A stretch of DNA of 64,000 bases from Dehalococcoidia bacterium (GTDB taxonomy: Bacteria > Chloroflexota > Dehalococcoidia > Lucifugimonadales > UBA3495): NCBI GenBank assembly GCA_963663945.1, contig OY760687.1:2639918-2703917 (forward strand), written 5' to 3'. The notes under the pieces were generated by a model, which searched no databases, was not told the origin of the DNA, and was given only the letters and a program-made list of their open reading frames with translations. Below, in pieces: positions 1 through 7,879 of this stretch (the first letter of the stretch is position 1; each line of letters opens with the position of its first letter). The position numbers and the translations under genes are program-made.

Positions 1-510
1 GTCGCCGCCGTCGGGCAGACCCTTCGGGTGTCGGGCAAGCATACATCGGACCGATATGCGGTGGTTGACCAGTGGGATTGGGCTGGCGGCGAGGTGGGGC
101 ACTGCGCCGGTCCCTACTGGCTGGTCGGAGACGAGGTCACCGCCTTGACGCCGAATGTGTCGGCGTTTGCGTCGGACGATGGGATCTTCTTCCCGCGTTT
201 GAATCACCAACGCGGGCCCATAGGACACCCGCTGGCGGGTGTGGAAGGACGGCTGGCGCTCCACGGTCGGTGCCTGCTGCTGGAGACGCCATTTCCTCCC
301 GGAGCCTACCTCGTGATCTGGCCTCCGGGTTTCCACGCCCATAGAATGGGGGCCGACATGCTCGTGCGAAACGGCGGCGGCAGCGTCATCGCCCAGATTG
401 GCGACGATGTCAGTTTGGGTGGGGTCGGTCATGAAGGGGAGCATTACTCGGACGAGTGTCCAGGAGCGTCCTTCTGGGCATACACGGTGGAGCGCGCTAC
501 CGCAAGGTAG
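1..510 (+). CDS. Hypothetical protein, 5'-partial, probably built from a repeated small domain
   Basis: Frame is open from base 1 (VAAVGQTLRVSG...) to TAG at 508-510. The edge motif AAVGQTLRVSG resembles the C-terminal IAQIGDDVSLGG, suggesting a tandem domain. Confidence 0.55.
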   Translation, partial: VAAVGQTLRVSGKHTSDRYAVVDQWDWAGGEVGHCAGPYWLVGDEVTALTPNVSAFASDDGIFFPRLNHQRGPIGHPLAGVEGRLALHGRCLLLETPFPPGAYLVIWPPGFHAHRMGADMLVRNGGGSVIAQIGDDVSLGGVGHEGEHYSDECPGASFWAYTVERATAR

Positions 511-704
511 AAACTGATCAGGTGATGGCGCCCGCGGCGGTCCGATCTTCAGGAATACCAACCACCTGGAGAATGGCGACGTTAGCCCCTGCGCGTTGAC
601 GTGGCGCGATGTCTCCAGCGAGATCGCGTGCCGCCTCACTTTCCGGATCGAGGTTGCCGGTTGACCCTTGCCAGTGGTGGGGTTGGAGCCTGGGAACGTC
701 AGCC

Positions 705-1138
705 CTAGAGTTCGTCCAATACCACCACCAGCAGACCTGGGACGCGCCGGAAGGCGCTGTCGTTGGTGACGAACAGGGTGCACCGTTCCTGGATGCTCGT
801 CGCCGCATGCAGCGCGTCCGGCGCGCGCAGGTCCAGGGCGGCGCGTATTTGGCGGCGGATTCCCAGAGCGCGCCCGTGGTCGGCGCCAGCCGCACCTCGC
901 TGGAGTTGAGCAGATCACGGAAGAGCCTTTGGAGCGCTATGTCGCCATCACGCAGGGGCTTGACCAAGGTTTCTACGATGTACAACTCGCTGGTGACGAT
1001 CGCGAACTGGCTGGTTTGGGCCCATCGCCATACGGGTTCCACCAACGCCCGGTAGGGCTCGATCCGTTCCACACTGTAGATGAAGCCGCAAGCGTCCATG
1101 TAGATCGGACCGGGGTCAGGCAGCGTTATGGCCCCCAC
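705..1138 (-). pseudogene. vapC: PIN-domain (VapC-like) toxin with a 1-nt frameshift near 850-860
   Basis: N-terminal YMDACGFIY...SELYIVETLV is PIN-like. After LWESAA the PIN C-terminus (IRAALDLRAPDALHAATSIQERCTLFVTNDSAFRRVPGLLVVVLDEL*) continues in another frame to a TAG at 705-707. Confidence 0.85.
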
Positions 1139-1359
1139 GAGTTCCGCTCGGAGTCCAGGTGGTCGGCGACGTCCTGTGCGGTCCCGAAAAGGCGGTGCCC
1201 GGGCGCTTCGGCCAGTATGCCAACCGCCGACCTTCGTGGGGCGGGAGAGGACGCCGTCACGAGTATGTCGACGGTTTCGCCGTCGGCCAGGTCCTAGTCC
1301 ACGATCACGATCTTGCCGCCTGGCAATACGGTTGTTTGCAGGTGCAGCGGTCTTTGCAT
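1126..1359 (-). pseudogene. Putative antitoxin of the PIN toxin, with an in-frame amber stop at codon 22
   Basis: MQRPLHLQTTVLPGGKIVIVD*DLADGETVDILVT...HRLFGTAQDVADHLDSERNSWGP*. TAG at 1294-1296; its 3' end overlaps the toxin GTG start, as in type II TA operons. Confidence 0.7.
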
Positions 1360-1524
1360 GGGTCTCGACTTCCGTGGGGCGGTGTGCCGGACGCCCGGAG
1401 CGTCAATGGAGCGATGGTTCCATCTTCGCAAGGTGAGGCTGGGCGGTCAAAATGCAGATATCGACCAACTCGCCGAAGCGCCGGCGGTCAGCCGTCTATG
1501 GTCCACGAGACGAGATTACGCCTG

Positions 1525-1555
1525 ACCGTTGCCCGAGTAACTCCCGGGCAACGGT
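1525..1555. promoter_or_regulatory. Perfect 11-bp inverted repeat (operator or hairpin) between the divergent TA and STAS genes
   Basis: ACCGTTGCCCG-N9-CGGGCAACGGT. Confidence 0.35.
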
Positions 1556-1792
1556 ACCCCCGGGCCGGTTCCAGGTTTCATCCCGGCAAGCCCGGCGCTG
1601 GCCGTAAGGGGATCGTCTACCGCACACTCAACCGACGCCCTTCCCTTTACCGGAATCGACCCGTTGGTGGCCAAGATTCGGTTACCGGGCCAATGACCGG
1701 GTTCCGACCAACTCTCCCTCACCCGCGCGCTGACCCCCACTTGCGGACCGGCCTGTCTTGCGGTACGTAACGTTGTGCGAAGGGGTAGCGCT

Positions 1793-2128
1793 ATGGTGAT
1801 GCAAGTCGGTCAAGAGGATTTCAGCAGGGTGATCGGGGCCCCCCGCCGGCTGTACGGCGTGAACGCTCAGGTCTTTCACGATCAGTTGGAGGCAGCGGTC
1901 GGTTCAGTCCATAAGGTTGTGGTCATCGACATGTCGGATCTGATCTACATCAGCAACGCGGGCCTGAGGGTGATCATTCAGGCTGCAAAGCAGCTGCAGG
2001 CTCACGACGCCAGGTTGGTCCTCTGCGCCCTGTCGGATGAAGTCCAGGCTTTGTTTGAGGCCAGCAGCGTGGACCGGGTGATTGACATACGCCCGTCGCT
2101 GGACGTGGCGGTAGCTGCCAGGCGTTGA
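1793..2128 (+). CDS. STAS-domain protein (anti-sigma factor antagonist-like)
   Basis: About 111 aa with VVIDMSDLIYISNAGLRVII...LVLCALSDEVQALFE, the STAS/SpoIIAA signature. Confidence 0.85.
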   Translation: MVMQVGQEDFSRVIGAPRRLYGVNAQVFHDQLEAAVGSVHKVVVIDMSDLIYISNAGLRVIIQAAKQLQAHDARLVLCALSDEVQALFEASSVDRVIDIRPSLDVAVAARR

Positions 2129-2183
2129 TGACGGGCTTCATCCCCGCGCGGTAAAGTAACGGGCAGCTACAGTCATACCTGGC

Positions 2184-3032
2184 TCAGCCGGCCTCTATCC
2201 AGATCCGGCAGTGGTCGCTGGGACCCCACCCCTCCACCTCATTCAGCGCCTTCACCCGAACCCTTTCGTGAAACCCGCGCGAGACAAACACGTGGTCAAT
2301 CTGCACCCGGGCTCCATCCGGCGTGTTCGTCGGCTTGTGGTAGTAGGTCGGCACATCCAGAGAGTCCTCCGTCAGGTGCGTCGGTATGGGATCGGCGCGC
2401 CGGCCATCGGGATACTGCGGTCCCATGTAATCCAAGCCTAGGGCTTGCATCCGATCTAGGATGGTCTGGGCCCGGTGATTAAACTGGTCCGAACTCTGTA
2501 ACGACACATTCAGGTCTCCAGCCGCCAGTATCCGGTGACCAGCCGGGCAGTCATAATACCCGATAAATGCGGACAGATCCGAGATGATGCGGTGGGCCGA
2601 TGCGTCAGGGTAAATCCAATCCCCTTCGGCAGTGGGGTGTGGGCTGAGCCAGCGGGCGTACATTGAGACGGCAATGAAGGACTCACCTCCTACCACTGGA
2701 GTGACCCGGGCGACGTCCATGGTGCCTATTCCGCTCACCGCCATCTCGTGCGTCCGCTCCGGAGCCACCCAAGTCGGCCCGATCTGCCGGAACCATTCCA
2801 CGTTTACCCGGTCGGAGAGCTTCACCACCATAGGCCACCGATCGTAGTTCGGCACACCTGTGGTGGGGTCGCGCCCGAGCCACGATTCGTAGGGGCTGAG
2901 TTCTACCCGGCTTGCCACATCGTCGGGAACCGTGCCCACCTCCTGCAATAGGGCGATGTCAGCCCCCATATCCACCAGATCCCGCCACGGTTGGTGCATG
3001 GTGGCGATGTTCCAGCTCACCACATTGATCAT
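2184..3032 (-). CDS. Endonuclease/exonuclease/phosphatase (EEP) family protein
   Basis: Intact SWNIA, LQE, AGDLN, QIDHVF and PSDH motifs; RBS AGGGAG precedes the ATG at 3032. Confidence 0.9.
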   Translation of the reverse strand: MINVVSWNIATMHQPWRDLVDMGADIALLQEVGTVPDDVASRVELSPYESWLGRDPTTGVPNYDRWPMVVKLSDRVNVEWFRQIGPTWVAPERTHEMAVSGIGTMDVARVTPVVGGESFIAVSMYARWLSPHPTAEGDWIYPDASAHRIISDLSAFIGYYDCPAGHRILAAGDLNVSLQSSDQFNHRAQTILDRMQALGLDYMGPQYPDGRRADPIPTHLTEDSLDVPTYYHKPTNTPDGARVQIDHVFVSRGFHERVRVKALNEVEGWGPSDHCRIWIEAG

Positions 3033-3272
3033 GAAACACTCCCTATCGTCGTTCAATTCGACCGTTTGCTACCAGACCCTCATCTGCATCGTGTCAGCGG
3101 GGTCTCTCCACTCTGTCAGATCCACAAGTCGTTCCTCGCTGGGCGATGTGCCTCGTTCAACATATGGGAATTGCCCCGGCTCCGTAGCGAGTTCCGAGAA
3201 CAGCGTTGGTCAGGGCGCCATTGGTGTCTGTGTCGCCGCCCGAACTCACCAATACCATCTTGTTGCCAGCCG

Positions 3273-3575
3273 TCAGGACTGAGCCTGCGATGATTGACCC
3301 CCATTCCCGGGGCTCTCCCTCGCCTCGTAACGACCGACGATACTCGTCACATGAGGGTAGAGTGGCAGACGCTCTTTGACGTCCCACCAGCGGAAGGACT
3401 CCAGCTCCCGGCCATTGATCCTGGGATCGCCGGCGAAGACCGGCGCCCCCTTGTGGTCGTTGAAACTCCCCTCGTTCGTGTAATTGAAGAGCCGTTCGGC
3501 ACGGTAGGCTTTCATCCCCAACTCTTCGTCCAACTCGCAGCAGGCAGACGTCAACGCCGCCTCACCCAGTTCCAT
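3273..3575 (-). pseudogene. N-terminally truncated NUDIX hydrolase; its ATG lies inside a CRISPR repeat
   Basis: MELGEAALTSACCELDEELG is the second half of a Nudix box (GX5EX7REUXEEXG, with RE degenerate); the usual N-terminal strands are absent. Confidence 0.65.
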
Positions 3576-3657
3576 CCCCGCGCGTGCGGGGGAACCGGGT
3601 CAACACCGGAACCGCCTCAACCGAAGTGCGGTCTGTCCCCGCGCGTGCGGGGGAACC
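3568..3657 (-). CRISPR. Orphan type I-E-like mini-array (repeat-spacer-repeat)
   Basis: Plus-strand repeats AGTTCCATCCCCGCGCGTGCGGGGGAACC (3568-3596) and CGGTCTGTCCCCGCGCGTGCGGGGGAACC (3629-3657), 29 nt each. The 32-nt spacer is GGGTCAACACCGGAACCGCCTCAACCGAAGTG. The 61-nt period and CCCCGC..GCGGGG hairpin are typical of I-E. No cas genes in the window. Confidence 0.85.
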
Positions 3658-3866
3658 CTTCTATGTTCCTATGATGCTGCGGTCTGTTGGTTGTGGTTCG
3701 TAAAAACTTGCGCCGCGGCCCTTGCCGCCGGCGGCAAATGCGCTCTTCAAGTATGCAAACCGAAGACGGCAGGCCCATGGCCTGGTCTCTCCAGCGAACC
3801 GCAGTGTCGGTTCGGTACCGGCCTTGTCATGGGCGGCTTAGCCTAGCCGCAGGCAGTGGGCGGCTG

Positions 3867-4052
3867 CTAGGTTCGATGGTGCATTCGGGGGTTCGCCTTT
3901 CGGAGTATTTGTTGTGGGTATATACACATCACTACTGACATGACTGACAGGTACGATGTGTTACCGGGAAGTACAGCGCAGTGTGCCTTTGCGAACCTAG
4001 CGTGCCCGCGCCACGGGCGTTACATTTGTGCGATAGCGCTGGGAGTTTGATA
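3867..4052 (+). promoter_or_regulatory. Conserved non-coding element type 1, copy A (134-nt core closed by CTAGGTTCG/CGAACCTAG)
   Basis: Colinear homology to 7634-7821. First 19 nt are identical; ACACATCACT, AACCTAGCG, GGGCGTTACATT and TTGATA blocks are shared. Lies upstream of a sensor kinase. Confidence 0.7.
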
Positions 4053-4119
4053 ATCTTTCCCGACGGGTCGGCGCCTGGCCCGGGCCGGCGCGCGAACCCC
4101 CAACCTTGATCATCGAATT

Positions 4120-5355
4120 TTGCGGCGTCCCAAATTGAGCCATTACCAGCGATTGCAACGGTTCGTCTGGGTCGAACCCGACGTGGTGCGCCCGGCGGTG
4201 CGGGTCACGGTCTGGGGACGCTGGTTCCTCCTGCTCATTGGCGTGGCTCACCTCGCGTACCCTCTGGAGTTTTCCTACCCCCATGACTTGGAGCACGCGG
4301 TTCTGCATGTTCCGGTAGCCGCGCTGAACGGCCTGGTCCACCACCGGTTGCTCACCAACCGGACGGTCAACTGGGGCTGGGCGCTGGGGTTAAGCGCCAT
4401 GGACTTCGCCTTCACCACGTCCCATATCCTGATCCACCAGGGCGGATTTGATAACTACACCTTCCTCTACTTGTATCCCGCCCTGGGCGCTTTCGTGGTC
4501 ATCTTTTCCTCGTTCTCCCTCGTTCTGGCGTGGACCACGACCGTCGCGGTCGCCTACGCCCTGGTGTGCCTGCTGGTGGGGCCCGGCCTGGACATGGCCT
4601 CCGGCGACGTGAAGGAGCTGGGAGCCAGGCTGGCGACGATGTATCTCATGACCGTTGCCGTCAGCCTCATCGTCCGGTTTGAGCGCGCCCAGCGGCAGGC
4701 GGCGATGGAGGGGGAGCGACGGATGCAGCAGGAACGCATCGATCTGTCGCAGTCCATCCACGACACCGTGGCCCAGACCGCCTACATGATCGGCCTGGGG
4801 ATTGACGGCGCCATCAGTCTGGCCGGGGATTCGAACCCCAGGTTGGTCGAGCGCCTGGCCGCGACGTCAGAGCTGTCGAAATCGGCAATGTGGGAACTCA
4901 GGCGACCCATCGACATGGGCCGGCTATTCGAGGGGCAGCAGCTCGGACCGGTGTTGCGGTCCCACGCCGCGACCTTCTCGGCCATCACCTCGGTTCCAAC
5001 CGAGATGGCTCAGTCTGGGGTGGAGCCGCCCCTGGCGCCAGAGGCGCAGGCCGCTCTCTTCGCCATCGCCCACAACGCCCTGACCAACGCCTTTCTCCAC
5101 GCACAAGCGAAACGGGTTGAGGTCAGGCTCGACTTCGGGGCCGACGCCGTGCGCCTGTCCGTCTCCGACGACGGGGTGGGACTGCCCAGCGACTACGCCG
5201 AGCGGGGTCGCGGTTTCGCCGGTATGGAGAGGGACGCCCGGGGGCTGGGCGGCAGACTCATCGTGGAGACGGGCGAGCCGGATGTCGGGACCACCGTCAC
5301 CTGCGTGGCTCCCTACGCGACAGTTCGAACAGGAGACGATGATGGCAGCGACTGA
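4120..5355 (+). CDS. Membrane sensor histidine kinase, NarX/DesK-like (HisKA_3 + HATPase_c)
   Basis: About 6 hydrophobic segments, H-box SQSIHDTVAQ, N-box IAHNALTNAFLH, G-box SDDGVG. Start codon uncertain. Confidence 0.9.
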   Translation: MRRPKLSHYQRLQRFVWVEPDVVRPAVRVTVWGRWFLLLIGVAHLAYPLEFSYPHDLEHAVLHVPVAALNGLVHHRLLTNRTVNWGWALGLSAMDFAFTTSHILIHQGGFDNYTFLYLYPALGAFVVIFSSFSLVLAWTTTVAVAYALVCLLVGPGLDMASGDVKELGARLATMYLMTVAVSLIVRFERAQRQAAMEGERRMQQERIDLSQSIHDTVAQTAYMIGLGIDGAISLAGDSNPRLVERLAATSELSKSAMWELRRPIDMGRLFEGQQLGPVLRSHAATFSAITSVPTEMAQSGVEPPLAPEAQAALFAIAHNALTNAFLHAQAKRVEVRLDFGADAVRLSVSDDGVGLPSDYAERGRGFAGMERDARGLGGRLIVETGEPDVGTTVTCVAPYATVRTGDDDGSD

Positions 5356-5992
5356 TGTGATCCGGGTATTGGTGGTGGACGATCATCCCGTCACTAGGCG
5401 GGGGTTGCGCGACACCCTGGCGGACGTGGAAGGCTTCGAGGTTGCGGGACAGGCGGCGGATGGGGTTGAGGCCGTTACCGTGGCGCAGGAAACGCGGCCC
5501 GACGTCATCGTCATGGACCTGTTCATGCCCCACAAGGACGGAGTGGAAGCCTGCCGGGAGATCACGGAGCTGCTGCCCGACACCAGGGTGCTGATGCTCA
5601 CCGCCTCTGCAGCGGAAGACGACGTGATCCGGGCCGTGGCCGCCGGCGCCACGGGGTTCGTTCAGAAGTTCACGGGAAGCGATGAGTTGATCCACGCGGT
5701 GCGGCAGGTGGCGGCGGGCAATCTGATGATCCCGGGAGACGCGGTGAGACGGGCGTTCCGGCTGTTGGACGAGGGCGCGGCGAAACACGCTGCGGATTTG
5801 CTGTCGGCAAGGGAGCGGGAGGTGCTGACCCGGTTCGCGACGGGAAAGGCGTATGCGGAGATAGCCGGAGACATGGGCATCAGCAAGGTGACGGTGCGCA
5901 ACGCCATCTACCGGGTTCAGAACAAGCTCGGGCTTGAGTCCCCGCAGGAGATCGTGGTGTGGGCGGTCCGCAACGGTCTGCTGGAGGAGTAA
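5339..5992 (+). CDS. NarL/FixJ-family response regulator (REC + LuxR HTH)
   Basis: VLVVDDHP, VIVMD, FVQK, LSAREREVL...KVTVRNAIYRVQNKLG; overlaps the kinase stop; RBS AGGAG. Confidence 0.92.
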   Translation: MMAATDVIRVLVVDDHPVTRRGLRDTLADVEGFEVAGQAADGVEAVTVAQETRPDVIVMDLFMPHKDGVEACREITELLPDTRVLMLTASAAEDDVIRAVAAGATGFVQKFTGSDELIHAVRQVAAGNLMIPGDAVRRAFRLLDEGAAKHAADLLSAREREVLTRFATGKAYAEIAGDMGISKVTVRNAIYRVQNKLGLESPQEIVVWAVRNGLLEE

Positions 5993-6032
5993 CGGATTCG
6001 GCACGGCTGGCAGTGGCTCGGATCGACGATTG

Positions 6033-6314
6033 ATGAGTGAGCATGCAGGAGGCGGCGAACCTGCCTTGTTGTTGCTACCGCGATGTTCGGCATCGACGCG
6101 ATTCTTTGCGGTGGCGTCGCTCGTGGTGTCAAAGGTGTGTCTATTGACAGCCTGCTGGGGTGAGGCGCCGTCAGGAAACTCCGGTCCCGGTGGAGAAGCC
6201 CCGCCTCGCGTCACTGCCGAGGCGGCAGACGAGCAGCCAGATACGCTTGACGCACCGCATAGCCGAGCGCGCGAGATCCTCGCCGCAGGCTTTCGGCCAT
6301 TGCCGAAGGCCTGA
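6033..6314 (+). CDS. Possible small or decayed lipoprotein
   Basis: Hydrophobic stretch ending in LLTAC followed by a G/E/P-rich linker; short and may be a remnant. Confidence 0.3.
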   Translation: MSEHAGGGEPALLLLPRCSASTRFFAVASLVVSKVCLLTACWGEAPSGNSGPGGEAPPRVTAEAADEQPDTLDAPHSRAREILAAGFRPLPKA

Positions 6315-6414
6315 CATTGATCAAGGACGAGGCGGTTCAGTGGCCGGGTGCGTCGATGGGTTGCCCCCAGGAAGGGATGGAGTAGGTTCGGTTGCTTCCC
6401 CGTGGGCGTGTCTA

Positions 6415-7634
6415 GTACTCAGCCAACGTTGGAAAAGCAGGAGTAGAAGCGTTGGAGTTTGGTTCTGGCGTCCTCGGTTCCGAAGCGCCAGTAAATGGGG
6501 ATGCGTGCGGCGTTGCGTCGGGTCTCGTAGGCGGTGATGGCACGTTGCAGGGCGCCAGCGTCAGGGTTTCTCCCTTTGAGACAGGCGCGGCTCAACACAC
6601 TCAACTCAATCTCCGCCATTTTCAGACAGTCGGCGTGCTTGGGGTGTGGTGATACTCGAGACGTTTCACGATGCGTCGGGCTTCGGCCGCAGGGAAGGTC
6701 TCATACAGCGGGGCCATGCGGTGGGTGTTCAGGTTGTCCAGGACCACGGGGATGACGGTGGCGTCGGGGTTGGCCACGTCTGTGAGCCACCGCATCTGGA
6801 GGGCGAAGTCCGCCATGGTGCGCCGCTGGGTGATGGCGATGTGGCTCCAACCAGCCAGTGGTTCTCAGAACAGGAAGAGGTTGCGGTTGCCACCGCGTCG
6901 GTACTCGTAATCCTGACGTCGGGGTCGTGCCGGCTGGGCCGGCAAAGGTTCCCGCACATCGCCCAATAGTTGCGTAGAGGTCTCGTCGAAGCACACCACC
7001 GGCCGGCCGGGGTCGTAGGGCTCGGCATACAGGTCCAGCACGTCCTCCATGGCCGCCACAAACTCCCCGTTCATCTGGGAGATGCACCACCCTCGCTTTT
7101 GACAGGGTTTGAGGACGTTTTTTGAGCCGGAGCCGGACCGTCTCGTGGGACAGGCTCTCCACCACGCCCAACTCCACTACCTGGTCGGCCAGCAACCGCA
7201 GGGTCCAGTGGTCGCGTCCGTCGGGCGCGTCGCTGCACGCCAGGGCAATCAGGCTGGCTTCGCCCCGATCATCCAGCTTGCCATACCGGTTGGCCTGGGG
7301 ATGGTCATCTAGCACACCGTCCAATCCCTCATCGGCGTACCGCCGCTTGGTGCGGAACACCGTGCGTTGCGACGTGTCCAGGGCCGCCGCCAGCTGCGAA
7401 CCGCTCCAGCCCTCATCGGTCTTGACCAGGATACGCGCCCGATTGATTACCCGAGCCGAGTGCTGTCCCCGACGGATCGACCCCTCCAGTTGGCCCCGAT
7501 CTTACTCCGACAACCGTACCGCAAACTTCTCCTGAGCCATGGTTGCCCCACCTCCCGCACCGTTGGTTCCCACTCACGGCAACCACCATGGCCGGTTTCT
7601 TCTTCCATATGCCTGTACAAATTTGACTGAATAC
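6415..7634 (-). mobile_element. IS630-family insertion sequence (decayed)
   Basis: 25-nt terminal inverted repeats GTACTCAGCCAACGTTGGAAAAGCA (6415-6439) and the reverse complement of 7610-7634 (18/25 identical). TA duplicated at 6413-6414 and 7635-7636 within a CTAG target. Confidence 0.9.
6419..7540 (-). pseudogene. IS630 transposase pseudogene
   Basis: MAQEKFAVRLSE* (stop at codon 13). HTH part runs to LRLKK with an AAAAAAC -1 frameshift motif. DDE part: CFDE...LFLF* (internal stop), VLDNLNTH, a further frameshift, then MAEIELSVL. Confidence 0.88.
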
Positions 7635-7821
7635 TAGGTTCGATGGTGCATTTGGCGGGTTCACTTTTTGCATACTTGCTGAACGTAAACACACATCACT
7701 TCGTACTTGATGGACACGTATGGATTGCTACCAGAAAGTAAAACCCAATGTGGTTGCCGAAACCTAGCGCCGCCCGCGACATGGGCGTTACATTCGATGC
7801 GATCGCGCTGGAAGATTGATA
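7634..7821 (+). promoter_or_regulatory. Conserved non-coding element type 1, copy B
   Basis: CTAGGTTCGATGGTGCATT at 7634 and AACCTAG ending 7767 give the same 134-nt span as copy A. Lies upstream of the hybrid kinase. Confidence 0.7.
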
Positions 7822-7879
7822 TTCATGCCGGGAATGTATTTCCCAGAGAATAGCCCCACTCGAGCCTCCTTTATCAGCC

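Noticed and set aside
1294-1296. Amber codon as pyrrolysine or recoding
   Set aside because: No pyl genes here, other genes end normally at TAG, and the partner toxin is also broken.
2139-2150. CATCCCCGCGCG, a 12-nt match to the CRISPR repeat core
   Set aside because: Too short in GC-rich DNA, with no second hairpin arm or spacer periodicity.
3597-3628. Self-targeting of the CRISPR spacer within the window
   Set aside because: By eye only a ~12/13-nt partial match (near 23864) was found; not significant. A full-genome search is still needed.
3658-3690. A third CRISPR repeat (CGGTCTGT at about 3680)
   Set aside because: Only 8 nt match, spacing is 22 nt rather than 32, and the hairpin is absent.
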